Below, piece by piece: positions 17,699 through 27,442 of a stretch of 64,000 nucleotides of DNA. Source of the DNA: a virus. Location: the IMG/VR virus record IMGVR_UViG_3300046692_000383, positions 1-64,000 of that record. One strand, given 5' to 3'. The translations under genes and the position numbers were made by a program. The notes beneath the pieces were generated by a model that saw only the letters and a list, made by a program, of their open reading frames with translations, did not search any database and was not told the DNA's origin. Each line of letters begins with the position of its first letter. Positions within the stretch are counted from its first letter, which is position 1.

Positions 17699-18502
17699 AT
17701 GAAAAAACTTATTATTATGGCTGCATTGCTATCTGTCGCCCACACTGTCTCGGCCGAGAACGTTGGTTTAGCACAGGCGATGGACATGGCAAATGGTATT
17801 GGCACTGCAGGAAAGTGCTATGTAGATAAGGCACCACAAAGTAATAGCGGTTACCGCGCATACTGTACAAACTCAGAAGGTAATCCCCTACCTTTTGGCA
17901 GTATCAATAATGGTGCCGGTGCACCTATTCAATATTTTCATATTCCAGAAAAGCGGCAAATTGGCTACGATCCTGTCTTTACCAAAAGGGTAGAAGCAGA
18001 CCAAAAGGCCCGTGAGGCAAAGACAGCCTTTGTAGCTAGCATCATGCCAGGTGCGAATGGCGACGACTGGTTTAATAATAAAGGCCAAGTAACTCGTGTT
18101 AGCCGCAACTGGGCTGACAAGAACCGTGAACCAGCAAAAGATAACGGTACCTTTCGACTTGCTATCGAAAAAGTAATCCTCAATGGTGAGCCAGCTGTCC
18201 GTGTCTTCGAGACACACGGCTATCCAGTTTGCGGAAAAGGAATTTGTGCGGTTAATGTCGACCAGTATCTTGAGCACATCGTCGCAGAGCCGAGCTATTT
18301 TACTACGCTGCGTGGTGCTATGCAACCTGGCAGTGATAATGACGCGTACATTGTTGACGAAGAAGTTACCGAGATACTATGGGATGCACCGTACTACCGG
18401 ATAATGCCGCTCAATGCCTCCAAGCAGAATGTCCGCGCTATTTTTGATACTCGTGGCTTCCGTGTCAATCACTCTGCTCCTCGGGTGGTAGAGGTTCAGT
18501 AA
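17699..18502 (+). CDS. secreted protein with signal peptide, unknown function
   Basis: MKKLIIMAALLSVAHTVSA-ENV signal peptide. ATG 17699 is chosen over the ORF-track 17687. Confidence 0.5.
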   Translation: MKKLIIMAALLSVAHTVSAENVGLAQAMDMANGIGTAGKCYVDKAPQSNSGYRAYCTNSEGNPLPFGSINNGAGAPIQYFHIPEKRQIGYDPVFTKRVEADQKAREAKTAFVASIMPGANGDDWFNNKGQVTRVSRNWADKNREPAKDNGTFRLAIEKVILNGEPAVRVFETHGYPVCGKGICAVNVDQYLEHIVAEPSYFTTLRGAMQPGSDNDAYIVDEEVTEILWDAPYYRIMPLNASKQNVRAIFDTRGFRVNHSAPRVVEVQ

Positions 18503-19050
18503 TGGAAATTAATAGCCAAGCTCTCGAGCTGCTGACTAATGACTTTCTCTCTCGAGGTGGAGTGATAGACACGCCCACAGCGGTGTGGTCACCAGAAGGT
18601 CGGGGTTGGATGTCACTCTTTAGCGCAGCAAATCCAAACAAGGCACTTATTCGCCCAGCTGAACCTGCCATATCTACAAAGCGTCACCGTCGTTCTGCAG
18701 AGGCAATGGCCAAACAGCGGGAAGAAGCTGACGAGCGTAGAGCTGTCAGGGAAGCTGCTTATAACGAGCGAATAGCAACTCTTCGCCGGTACTCGGCAGA
18801 GGGCAAGAGTAGACTGGAAGCCATGGTTGCTGCTGGTATCAAAGAGAATAAAACTCTGGGTCTCTTGATGGTCCGGCACAATATTACTTTCAAGGATGGC
18901 CGGGTAACCATGGCTGAAGCCAAGAGGAAACTGCTGGCAGTAGCCGTTGTAAAAGACCGGGCAGCAGGGCGTCAGTGGCCAGAAGTGGCCAAGCGTAACG
19001 GTATATCAATAAATACAGCCAGGCGGATATTTAACGAGGCACATCCCTAG
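18502..19050 (+). CDS. hypothetical protein with C-terminal helix-turn-helix-like segment
   Basis: C-terminal WPEVAKRNGISINTARRIFNEA resembles HTH / sigma region-4-like segments. Last gene of the + block. Confidence 0.45.
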   Translation: MEINSQALELLTNDFLSRGGVIDTPTAVWSPEGRGWMSLFSAANPNKALIRPAEPAISTKRHRRSAEAMAKQREEADERRAVREAAYNERIATLRRYSAEGKSRLEAMVAAGIKENKTLGLLMVRHNITFKDGRVTMAEAKRKLLAVAVVKDRAAGRQWPEVAKRNGISINTARRIFNEAHP

Positions 19051-19105
19051 CTAGCTCGTGCCTGGCGAAGAACAAGACTAAATTGATCGAAAAAACGTAC
19101 AAAAC

Positions 19106-19160
19106 CTGACAGGAAATCTACTGGAAATCAGTACGGAATCCTGCCGGGTTTTTCATTACT
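19106..19160. terminator. long imperfect hairpin between convergent modules (possible bidirectional terminator)
   Basis: AAAACCTGACAGG…CCTGCCGGGTTTTT can pair over ~13 bp with one mismatch and one wobble. Flanked by an A-run and a T-run. Confidence 0.25.
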
Positions 19161-19210
19161 TTGAAATCTAGCGGCCTAGTATGGCATTTCCCTTGCCTAT
19201 TTTGAGCCTT

Positions 19211-19759
19211 TTACTTCCCAGTAGGGCATACATCTCGGATGTAGTTTTGGGCAGTAATCAAGGCAGCTTGATCGGCAATAATTCCGGCTCGGATATCGAA
19301 AACAGTTTGTCCAGTAGCTGGAGAGAGCTTGACGGTGGAAGCATCACCCAGGCCGGAGGTGCTGGAGGCTTGGGACAAGTTGCCAGTATTAGCTGTGCAG
19401 GAGCCTGCGATGCGCAGCCGGTTATAACCAGCAATAACATCAGCGTGAAGCCGACCATTGTCAGTTTGAGAACTGTCATACAGCTTACGCAATGATTCAT
19501 TTTTAGCGAGCGCATCAGCCTTCTCCTCGGTAGCTTTCTTGTCAAGAGCTGCAGCGTTTTGCTCAGCCATTTGTTGCCTTTCGACGGCTAGTTGAAGTTG
19601 TCTTGCGTTTGCATTTGCCATCCGCGCCAGCTCATCACTGTGGGAGGCCCGTAGGTCAGAAAGCTTTTTCTCGTAGGCATTGGTCTGCCAGTTCCAGGCG
19701 ACCAGCCCTCCAGTTCCAGCAATCAATAGTGCTAGCAGCAGTCTTACATATAGGCTCAT
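19211..19759 (-). CDS. i-spanin (Rz-like)
   Basis: N-terminal TM (LLLALLIAGTGGLVAW), long coiled-coil, C-terminal periplasmic domain. Last gene of the late operon. Confidence 0.6.
   Translation of the reverse strand: MSLYVRLLLALLIAGTGGLVAWNWQTNAYEKKLSDLRASHSDELARMANANARQLQLAVERQQMAEQNAAALDKKATEEKADALAKNESLRKLYDSSQTDNGRLHADVIAGYNRLRIAGSCTANTGNLSQASSTSGLGDASTVKLSPATGQTVFDIRAGIIADQAALITAQNYIRDVCPTGK
19258..19479 (-). CDS. o-spanin (Rz1-like lipoprotein) embedded in the +1 frame of the i-spanin gene
   Basis: MTVLKLTMVGFTLMLLLVITGC has a lipobox ITGC followed by a Pro-rich CPKPPAPPAW segment. Entirely nested inside 19211-19759. Confidence 0.45.
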   Translation of the reverse strand: MTVLKLTMVGFTLMLLLVITGCASQAPAQLILATCPKPPAPPAWVMLPPSSSLQLLDKLFSISEPELLPIKLP

Positions 19760-19813
19760 ATTTCACCTGTGGAAAACCCGCCGAAGCGGGTTAACTGTTA
19801 GCTAGACCCTGCG

Positions 19814-20278
19814 CTATAGGGTAGGAAGGTCGATATTCGGGAAAGCCGGGTCCAACGTCATATCACGGAGAGCCTGGCGGTAGGTGAGCAGTGCAGACAG
19901 CTGGGACTCGTCCAGCCTGTGTGGAATGTTAAGTAACAACTCGTCGTGGTGACGCGTCAGCATCCAGTCAGTAGAGGATAGTATCATCTCTCTTCCATCG
20001 CGGAGGACGTGCTCTTTATACGCCGGGCTATTCTCGTCGGTAGGCGGCTCCTCAACAGGCGGTGGCGGCAAATCTGCAAGAGTCCATACACCATCGATAA
20101 ACTTGCAAGACTGCAGGGCTGGGTCGTATGGTGGTGGTGCATACGAGACAGAGTCTGCTGGGTAAAAATAAGTACCTGGATCCACCGGGGACTCGTAGGC
20201 AATACCTATACCAGTATACTCAAGCGTATCGTGGTTATAGCAGTAGGCTTCAACTGTACCTGTCATAAGTAACCTCAT
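19814..20278 (-). CDS. tail fibre assembly protein (Tfa-like chaperone)
   Basis: Follows the fibre gene with an ATGA-type junction. The C-terminal LSALLTYRQALRDMTLDPAFPNIDLP resembles the conserved Tfa C-terminus. Confidence 0.55.
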   Translation of the reverse strand: MRLLMTGTVEAYCYNHDTLEYTGIGIAYESPVDPGTYFYPADSVSYAPPPYDPALQSCKFIDGVWTLADLPPPPVEEPPTDENSPAYKEHVLRDGREMILSSTDWMLTRHHDELLLNIPHRLDESQLSALLTYRQALRDMTLDPAFPNIDLPTL

Positions 20279-21729
20279 CAGAATTTAATGCAAGGTAAGA
20301 GTGCAATGTTCATCATGCGTGCTTCTGTGCCGCCGGAATCAGCTAGAGTGATGCCGGTTGCTTTAGAGGCTGTGTTTCCGCTAGTCCACAACGCATAAGT
20401 GTTAGAACCACCACCCATCATCGTAGTTCCGAAGCCGCCAGCACCGGAGAGTCCATGGAAGTGGCCAGGGTCAGTAAGGGTGTGGTTGTGGATGGCGTTT
20501 TGGCCAGCCTGGAGAGAACCGAACACTCGACCAGCGTCAATACCACTGTCGTGACCTCGCGCGACACGCCCGCGCATATCCGGCAAGTTGAAAGTAGTGG
20601 AGCCGTCTCCCACACCAAAGGGACAGATTGCCAGCGTAGCGCCTGCTGTTGTTGCCGTTGCGTTAATAGACAGCGTAATACTGGTGTTAGCTACAATCGA
20701 TAGGATTGTAGCGCTCAGCGGAATACCAGGACCGCTAATCGGCATACCAACCCACAGGGCGTTAGTACTCGGCACTGCGGTAATCGTTGGGCTACCAGAA
20801 GTTACAGTACCTGTAGCTGCGGCAGTGATAGCACTGAATAGAGCAGGAAAAGCCGCGCGTGGAATCGGGCTACCAGTCGCCGCCAAGTAACCAGTTGGCG
20901 GTGTCATAGTGGCATACCAGTTGATTATGCCAGGTCCACCGATAGCGGCGGCGATAGCTGCTGCGATGGCTGCCTTTACAAAGGCGGTAGTCGACACCAG
21001 CGTCGAGTCGTCGCCGGGCACGGGCGTAGGTGCAGTAGGCGAGACCAGCAAGGCTGGGCTAATAAAATCAGTCTGCCGTAGGCGGATATTTGTGCCATCG
21101 CCGAAGATTGCCGAAGCTTTACCCTGGGAAACAACAATACCAGTACCAGCAGCTGTTTTCAACGTAACGGTGAACGCACCAGTGCAGTTGTTAGTAACAT
21201 CCCAGTTATATACCCAGTTTGGCAAAGTAACTGTTACGTTGGCTGTCAGTACACCAGACAAGTTGATGCGAGGATAGGCTGCGTTATTGACTGAAATAGT
21301 CACGTTAACGTTAGTCAGCGCCTGTGTAAATGAACCAACTACGCTGGTAGGCTGCCAGCTGCCGCCAGCAGTAGGGTCTGTCGAGTTATTGGCCGCAGTA
21401 CTAATCCAGAAGCCATCGAATTCTGCCCGCGGGATAATTGCACCCTTCGGGTAGCCAGCCGGCGAGAGCGCAGCTGCCAGTGTAGCATTGAATGGAACAG
21501 TGCCCAAGCCAGCTTGAAATTCCTGCAAGGCCTGGGTTGCATCGAACAGCGACTGGTTAAAGTCTTCACGTTCAATGTTTTTTGCAAGCGGATCAACACC
21601 AAGCTGACGCTCATAGTCAGGGCCAAAGCCAGTATTGTAAGACACCTCACCGGAAGGCTGGTTAGCGTCAGGGATTGCAGTACGGCTGCCATTCTTGGCA
21701 AACGGCACTGTAAACACTTTTTGAACCAT
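20278..21729 (-). CDS. tail fibre protein with C-terminal tail-collar domain
   Basis: C-terminal TTFNLPDMRGRVARG…HNHTL…HFHG (phage tail-collar signature). Gly/Thr/Ala-rich shaft. Conserved fibre-like N-terminus. Confidence 0.7.
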   Translation of the reverse strand: MVQKVFTVPFAKNGSRTAIPDANQPSGEVSYNTGFGPDYERQLGVDPLAKNIEREDFNQSLFDATQALQEFQAGLGTVPFNATLAAALSPAGYPKGAIIPRAEFDGFWISTAANNSTDPTAGGSWQPTSVVGSFTQALTNVNVTISVNNAAYPRINLSGVLTANVTVTLPNWVYNWDVTNNCTGAFTVTLKTAAGTGIVVSQGKASAIFGDGTNIRLRQTDFISPALLVSPTAPTPVPGDDSTLVSTTAFVKAAIAAAIAAAIGGPGIINWYATMTPPTGYLAATGSPIPRAAFPALFSAITAAATGTVTSGSPTITAVPSTNALWVGMPISGPGIPLSATILSIVANTSITLSINATATTAGATLAICPFGVGDGSTTFNLPDMRGRVARGHDSGIDAGRVFGSLQAGQNAIHNHTLTDPGHFHGLSGAGGFGTTMMGGGSNTYALWTSGNTASKATGITLADSGGTEARMMNIALLPCIKF

Positions 21730-21739
21730 GTCAGGCTCC

Positions 21740-22432
21740 TTATAGGGATTGTATGGAGCTGTTTACACCAGCGCCGCGTGGTAGGTAGACTTGAAGCCAG
21801 GACTTCATCACTGGATCAAGCGCGAAGGTAAAGATATACTTCTGGTACATTGGCTTGATATTAGCGAAACCAGGCTCACCGACAAAGTTGCTCGGGGCAG
21901 AGAAGTTATTTCGATACTGCCCAAACCCAAAGGGCGGCACACTGATGCCACCAACAGTCTCTTCGATATACGCAAGCCCTTGGTCACCAAACACGTCCTT
22001 GAGCATCATATTGATATTCGAGACAGTTGTTGACATTGTTTGGGCATAGTACCGAACACGCAGTAGCCGGCGCGCATCTTCTAGGCTTAGCTGTGGATAC
22101 TGAAAAGCACCAAGGTAGAAGTTACTATTGCCAAAGTTACTCCGTAGTGGACCAAGGCCGAAAGGCATCGCAGGCAAGTTGCCTGTGTACACAACAGAGA
22201 TAGGGACATTCAGAATGATTGCCCACACTATGCAGCCAAAGCGGTTGGCAGTTCGTAGGTCAAATACGCTTGTGTGCCAGCTCTTCCAGAAAGTAGTCCA
22301 CTCAGTGTCGTACCAATCTTTTTTCGATGTCAGTAGACTGACGAGACTGTCAGCCTCGTCGTACTGCCAGGTAATGTTTTCCAACAGGGGTAGGTCAAGC
22401 TTAAGCTCACGATCCACTTGTCTGCACCACAA
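21740..22432 (-). CDS. baseplate/tail structural protein (unknown role)
   Basis: 230-aa ORF between the baseplate-J-like and fibre genes. Confidence 0.4.
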   Translation of the reverse strand: MWCRQVDRELKLDLPLLENITWQYDEADSLVSLLTSKKDWYDTEWTTFWKSWHTSVFDLRTANRFGCIVWAIILNVPISVVYTGNLPAMPFGLGPLRSNFGNSNFYLGAFQYPQLSLEDARRLLRVRYYAQTMSTTVSNINMMLKDVFGDQGLAYIEETVGGISVPPFGFGQYRNNFSAPSNFVGEPGFANIKPMYQKYIFTFALDPVMKSWLQVYLPRGAGVNSSIQSL

Positions 22433-23624
22433 AGATATCGCCAGAGGCCAGGGTGGCCGCCTGCCAGAGTTCTATAGCAAGTGAAGCATTACTCCAGTCA
22501 ACTGCAGCTGAAAGCTTTACTTCGACGTTCTTGACAAATAGCCCGGGGTACTGTTTGTTAACGGCTGTTGCGCACTCAAACGGGCTCACATCTGCCCCGT
22601 TGATAAAGCCACGCTCTCCGGTAAGACGACCCTCCGCGTAGGCAAGTAGGGCGTCTGGTACAGCAACGTCCGGGTCAGTAGTAGAACCAGACGTGACAGT
22701 CACCCGCAATGCAACTGGTACTTCAATCTGTCTGGTATAAATAACCGGGTAGGTCTGCCCGCTAATTGGGTCGACAATACTGATCAGTACCGGAGTACCA
22801 TTATCGGTACCAGTGGTATACGGGGAGCCAGAATGCTTTGACTTAACCAGCGCCTGTGCAATTTCTGCGTCGACCCCACCCTGGACACAAATCCAGGTGG
22901 AGTGTGGAGACAATACTACGCCATCCACTGTAGTGGTACCTGGTTCGACATTCTCGCGGATAGATACTGATCGCACGCCAGGTACCGACATGACATTCGA
23001 GTTAATAGCCTCGATTGGTCCCTTGGACAGGTTAGACAGCCGCTCATTACGCATAATGCGAAGAGTATTGTCATCCTCGGTAAGCGCACCAGGAACAGCA
23101 ATATTCGGGTTAGTTACTTCTACCCAGCCAAAGGTGCCGTCTACAATAGTAGTTACGGTACCAGTACCAGGGTTAAGCGGACCAGGCTCAATTGCCTGGA
23201 AGTTGCCTATTACTGTGCCGCCCACACCGATAGTTAACTCAGACACACTGGCGTAGTAGTTGCCAGCTTCGTCTGCAATACGACTACCGCTAAGAATGAT
23301 CGTGTTTGGCGTACCAGTACACAGGACACCAGGCAGTAGTGTACTGGACTCTGCTGTTGGAATAACCGCATGGAGTGCGCAGGTCGACTCGAGGAAAATA
23401 CCAGAACCGACGTTTGGGTTAATCTGGTTGGCAAGCTCTGCAGCTAAGCGGACTACGCCATCGCGGGCAGTGACCTCGGTATCGATCATCCGGCCCTGCG
23501 GAGTATCGTCAGCCAAGAGCAGCGCGTCGCCAAGCGCTTTTTTATACTCGCCCTGCACAGTGCCTTTGAGTACACTTGTGTCCGGGACGATTACGCCATT
23601 GGTTGTTAGATAGTTATACGCCAC
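22407..23624 (-). CDS. baseplate J-like protein (gpJ/gp47 family)
   Basis: ~405 aa with TEDDNTLRIMRNERL, resembling the conserved E-T-D-E-x-L-R-x-R of Baseplate_J. Position upstream of the fibre. Confidence 0.6.
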   Translation of the reverse strand: MAYNYLTTNGVIVPDTSVLKGTVQGEYKKALGDALLLADDTPQGRMIDTEVTARDGVVRLAAELANQINPNVGSGIFLESTCALHAVIPTAESSTLLPGVLCTGTPNTIILSGSRIADEAGNYYASVSELTIGVGGTVIGNFQAIEPGPLNPGTGTVTTIVDGTFGWVEVTNPNIAVPGALTEDDNTLRIMRNERLSNLSKGPIEAINSNVMSVPGVRSVSIRENVEPGTTTVDGVVLSPHSTWICVQGGVDAEIAQALVKSKHSGSPYTTGTDNGTPVLISIVDPISGQTYPVIYTRQIEVPVALRVTVTSGSTTDPDVAVPDALLAYAEGRLTGERGFINGADVSPFECATAVNKQYPGLFVKNVEVKLSAAVDWSNASLAIELWQAATLASGDIFVVQTSGS

Positions 23625-23690
23625 TTTAAAGCTCCAGAGCTAATAGGTCGATTCTAGCGTAGTTAGAGCCAGAAGTATATAAGTGCCAGT

Positions 23691-24608
23691 TTAACTGGCA
23701 CTTGGGGAGGCTGTCCAAGTTGCATACCAGTTTGTGTCGCGTGAACTAATATCGTACTCCACACCAGTAACTACCCACTTTTGATTGACAGCTGGATTCA
23801 ACTCTGAGAACAAGTCAACACCACCTGCAACTCTGATAGGCGCATCGGCCAAAGTTTTAAAGCATACACCCCACTGGGTAATTCGCGGTGAACCAATAAG
23901 CCACTTGGTAGCATCTACCCTTACAAGTTCGCCGCGAAGTGCCTTGCCCCATTCAACTACCACTAGCTCACCATCCTCCACGAAAACAGCAACTTTGTCC
24001 CTATAGAAGTTGGCCAACATACCAACAACAGCAGAGACGGAGTACGCCTTTTGGATAACTCCAGCTGCAACCCGCGCGTCTGTGGGTGGAAGTGAAATAG
24101 CCACCTCGTACCGTAGGGGTATGTTAGCCAGGTCTGCCGCCCATTGGCAAAGCGCTCGGTGAGACGACAACCTAGGCAGCGCCTTGGTCAAGAAGTTAGT
24201 TGATGCAATATTCTGGTCAATCAAGCTCGTCATGCATTTAAGGTCAACGATAACGTCGGGCGGGTCAGACATACCAGACTCGTATATTGAACCACGAAAG
24301 ACCGTAGTGAAATCAGCAGGTTTGCTGGCACGGCCAATCCGTAAGTCGATAGGTATAAACGGCTGAGCCCTGTTGCGGCTACTCCAGGAGGTAAACGCCC
24401 CGAGTAGTTTATTACGGCGCTCGGGAGCTAAGTTAGCAATCTGGATGGTGCAAGTGTTCTGCACCTCCAAGATGTTTTTCTTAATCTTACCCGTAATCGT
24501 AAAGGACTCGTCAAACTCTGAGACAATATCGCTCTCATCGTCCCCAATCCGCAGACTAACTCTTCGCGGGTCGACCGTGTTGCCTGGCGCTGCTTGGTAT
24601 ATATCCAT
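23691..24608 (-). CDS. putative baseplate/tail protein immediately downstream of the tape measure gene
   Basis: 305 aa, start abutting the TMP stop. Positional inference only (gpU/gpD/gpN-like slot). Confidence 0.4.
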   Translation of the reverse strand: MDIYQAAPGNTVDPRRVSLRIGDDESDIVSEFDESFTITGKIKKNILEVQNTCTIQIANLAPERRNKLLGAFTSWSSRNRAQPFIPIDLRIGRASKPADFTTVFRGSIYESGMSDPPDVIVDLKCMTSLIDQNIASTNFLTKALPRLSSHRALCQWAADLANIPLRYEVAISLPPTDARVAAGVIQKAYSVSAVVGMLANFYRDKVAVFVEDGELVVVEWGKALRGELVRVDATKWLIGSPRITQWGVCFKTLADAPIRVAGGVDLFSELNPAVNQKWVVTGVEYDISSRDTNWYATWTASPSAS

Positions 24609-26596
24609 TACGAAACCCGTCCGTCAGTATTGTCGCCTACTACGTAAGCAAGCTGATCTGCAATACCATTGCCAATATCTTTGCCCATACCCTGGCCATC
24701 AGCGGCAGTAGTCTGGACAGTAACCTTGATGTCACCAGTAGTTACTGTCTTGCTGCCACCTCCGCCTGCCGAAGAGCCAGCGGCCTTGTTAAGCGAAGTT
24801 GCCTGCTGGCTTACTGCATTAGCGGTATTCCGTGCTTCGCTAGCCTGCTGTACAGTATTTGGATTTATGGTCCGGCGCATCTGCGTAACACGACTCTCAT
24901 AGCTTGCGCGGTCTTCGCCCTGGAACTTGGCCGAGTCCATGCCAACACCTTTACCTGCGCCGCCTGCCCACAGTGCCATGGCCTGCTCAAGTCCAGTGTT
25001 CACGAGAGGAGTAGTATTCGACTCGATCTTTTTGGTCAGTGCAGTCTGCGCCTCTTGGACCTTACCTGCCTCAGAAGTCTCATTGAGCATGTCGCGCAGA
25101 ATGTCATTGGTCTCTTTCTGCAAGTCAACCTTTGGATCTTTATCGGCAGCTGCAGTAGCCTTAGCCTTGGCGGCATCGATTTGGCTCTGGTCAATCTCAC
25201 GACCTTCGAACGTCTTCTTGCCATCCTTGGTGGTAATTAGCTCATCAGCAGCTTTGTTAACTTGGTCCGCGATACCGGCTTTACGAGTCTTCTCTGATGC
25301 AGCAAAGTCAGTATCAAACTTGCCAGCAGCCTCTTCTTCTGCCTTTTTACGTGCAGCGTTAATGCGATCTTTTTCTGCCTGCATAGTTGCGCCACCACGG
25401 CCTAGTTGCAGGCGGGCGTCAGCTTCTGCCTTATCACCGGCTTCTGCGACTGCTCGCTTCTTGTTATCAGCGGGATTACGATCCTCCTCCCCAATTGTAA
25501 ACCAGCCGGCCAGGTCAGCTGCTTTGTCAACTAAGTAGGTCAAGCCCTCAATAAGTATAGCTACGAAGTCGCCCCAGGTCTGTTTGAGCGGCGAGATAGC
25601 CTCTTCCCACTTGATAAGTGCTTTGGAGAAGTCCTCTGTGGCTGGGACAGTCTTAGACAGAACCTGCTCATCGTTCTTCTTACGAGCAGCAGCTAACTTG
25701 CCCTCAGTAGCCGCCAGGCCTTCAGATGACTTCTGCAGGTCGCGGCGAAGATTGTTCTCCCGAGACAGTGACAGCGCGGAGTTATTGGCTTCTTCCTGCG
25801 TACTGCCCAATACAGAGCGAACATCATGAAGGCTTCGGCCAAATAGCTCAACGCCTTCTACCAGGGCGCGTTCCTGCTCGCCAGTTGCAACGAGCGCCCG
25901 AAGGTACTTATCCTGCTGGTCAATTTGTGTGCCCAGCGCCGCATTGACGTCTACACCGGCTTTCTTGAACAGGTTACCCTGCTTAATAAGCGGGTTGTTA
26001 AAGCCTGATGCAGGATCACGGGCCGCTTGCCGCTGGGCTGCACGAATCTCCGAGCCTTTATCATAGACACCCTTGGCAGAGGTTGCAGTGTCCTCGTCAG
26101 AAAGGCCGCGAGCTCGGCCCTTATTCTGCATCCGGATCAATTCGCCCTGTGCCAGTCGAGCCTCGTAGGCTTTGTCTCCGAGAGCAACTGCTTCTTGGGC
26201 AGCAGCCTTGGCATCATTAATACCATCTACAGCTATAGCAACTGCGCCCGCAATGGCAGCAACACCCATCGCAGCTGCAAGACCTGTAGGGCCAAGCCTG
26301 CCGAGTAGCGCACTGAACTTACCGCCACCCTTGAGCATGTCCTCGAATGCACTTTTACCTGCTTTACCAAGCTCTTCCTGGGCTTTACTGACCTTCTTCG
26401 TTTCGTCAACAATTTCCTTGCCGCCCTTCCTTCGCTTATTAGTAGACTTGTCCTCGTCAGTTTCATTCTTTTTCTTATTCCTCGAACGCTTGGTCTCAGC
26501 AGCATCGAGAGCATTTACATCTTTGACTGCCTGGCCTGTATCAGCCTTATAGCGTAGAAAAAAGGAATCAAGCAACATTTGCAGCTGCCTCCTCAA
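24608..26596 (-). CDS. tail tape measure protein
   Basis: 662 aa, Ala/Lys/Glu-rich coiled-coil composition, Gly-rich C-terminus. Largest gene of the tail block. Confidence 0.7.
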   Translation of the reverse strand: MRRQLQMLLDSFFLRYKADTGQAVKDVNALDAAETKRSRNKKKNETDEDKSTNKRRKGGKEIVDETKKVSKAQEELGKAGKSAFEDMLKGGGKFSALLGRLGPTGLAAAMGVAAIAGAVAIAVDGINDAKAAAQEAVALGDKAYEARLAQGELIRMQNKGRARGLSDEDTATSAKGVYDKGSEIRAAQRQAARDPASGFNNPLIKQGNLFKKAGVDVNAALGTQIDQQDKYLRALVATGEQERALVEGVELFGRSLHDVRSVLGSTQEEANNSALSLSRENNLRRDLQKSSEGLAATEGKLAAARKKNDEQVLSKTVPATEDFSKALIKWEEAISPLKQTWGDFVAILIEGLTYLVDKAADLAGWFTIGEEDRNPADNKKRAVAEAGDKAEADARLQLGRGGATMQAEKDRINAARKKAEEEAAGKFDTDFAASEKTRKAGIADQVNKAADELITTKDGKKTFEGREIDQSQIDAAKAKATAAADKDPKVDLQKETNDILRDMLNETSEAGKVQEAQTALTKKIESNTTPLVNTGLEQAMALWAGGAGKGVGMDSAKFQGEDRASYESRVTQMRRTINPNTVQQASEARNTANAVSQQATSLNKAAGSSAGGGGSKTVTTGDIKVTVQTTAADGQGMGKDIGNGIADQLAYVVGDNTDGRVS

Positions 26597-26924
26597 TAAT
26601 GTCGTAGAACATCTCCTTTACAGACTCACCCACAGGTGGCGCACTCAGGAGGTCGCGGATACAGAAACAGTTGTCAGTAAGCTGAAGCATGAATAGCTCT
26701 TCAACTTGCTGTGGCTGTAGGTGGTTAAGTACCATTGCCTTTGTAGCCAGTGGAACCCAGCGGCCCTCTGCTACGCGGACATCAACATGCGAAAGCACAA
26801 GAAGCCACTGGTCCGGATTCTTAACAATATCACGGACACCTTTGCCTTTTAGCATCAGTTCACGCCCCACTGTGGGCGAGAACTTACGCAGTCGGAAATG
26901 TTTTTCGCCTAGTGTAATCAACAT
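26568..26924 (-). CDS. putative tail assembly chaperone (upstream of TMP)
   Basis: 118 aa in the canonical chaperone position. Overlaps the TMP start by 29 nt. No frameshift signal verified. Confidence 0.35.
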   Translation of the reverse strand: MLITLGEKHFRLRKFSPTVGRELMLKGKGVRDIVKNPDQWLLVLSHVDVRVAEGRWVPLATKAMVLNHLQPQQVEELFMLQLTDNCFCIRDLLSAPPVGESVKEMFYDIIEEAAANVA

Positions 26925-26926
26925 AG

Positions 26927-27439
26927 TTAAGAAGCGCTCCCCAGGAAGCTAATTGCACGGCCGCCGATTGCTTTGAGTCCAGCACTGAGCACGGATGCCA
27001 CGCTAAGGGTATACTGGTCTTCGAATGCGAAAGTATACACCTGCGAGCTTAGCCGGCCGTCTGGCTGAGCGGACGGGGCGGACGGACCACTGACCATCCG
27101 CCCATTGGTAAAGGTACGGATTGCACCTGTCGGGTAATAAACTATCAGCGTAATACTATCGCCATTTGGCGTCGATATCGCGCGGTTAGCCTGGTATATA
27201 AGCGAGGTCGTCTGGTCGTCTGTACTGTCAGGGACCAGGCCAATGCTGAGCATAATTGGTACTGCTTCTGACCAACGAAAGATCTTGCCATTGAGGTCTA
27301 TCACTGCCTGGCCGCTAGCTGCCTCTTGGACAGCGATAGCCGGAACATCATCAGCGAACTGCGTGAGCATCCAGCCAATGGGTAGCGAATTAGTGCCTTT
27401 GATGTAGGCTTTTAGACCGTATGTGCCAATATTTTCCAT
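26927..27439 (-). CDS. tail tube-like protein (paralog of 30465-30923)
   Basis: Alignable by eye to the other tube-like ORF (FGL.A.VK, ADD.P, ANR.S, GRMVSGP…GRLSS…F.FED). Confidence 0.5.
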   Translation of the reverse strand: MENIGTYGLKAYIKGTNSLPIGWMLTQFADDVPAIAVQEAASGQAVIDLNGKIFRWSEAVPIMLSIGLVPDSTDDQTTSLIYQANRAISTPNGDSITLIVYYPTGAIRTFTNGRMVSGPSAPSAQPDGRLSSQVYTFAFEDQYTLSVASVLSAGLKAIGGRAISFLGSAS

Positions 27440-27442
27440 GCT

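Noticed and set aside
24669-26552. Several + strand ORFs inside the tape measure gene
   Set aside because: Shadow frames of a long repetitive Ala/Lys/Glu gene, with no start signals.
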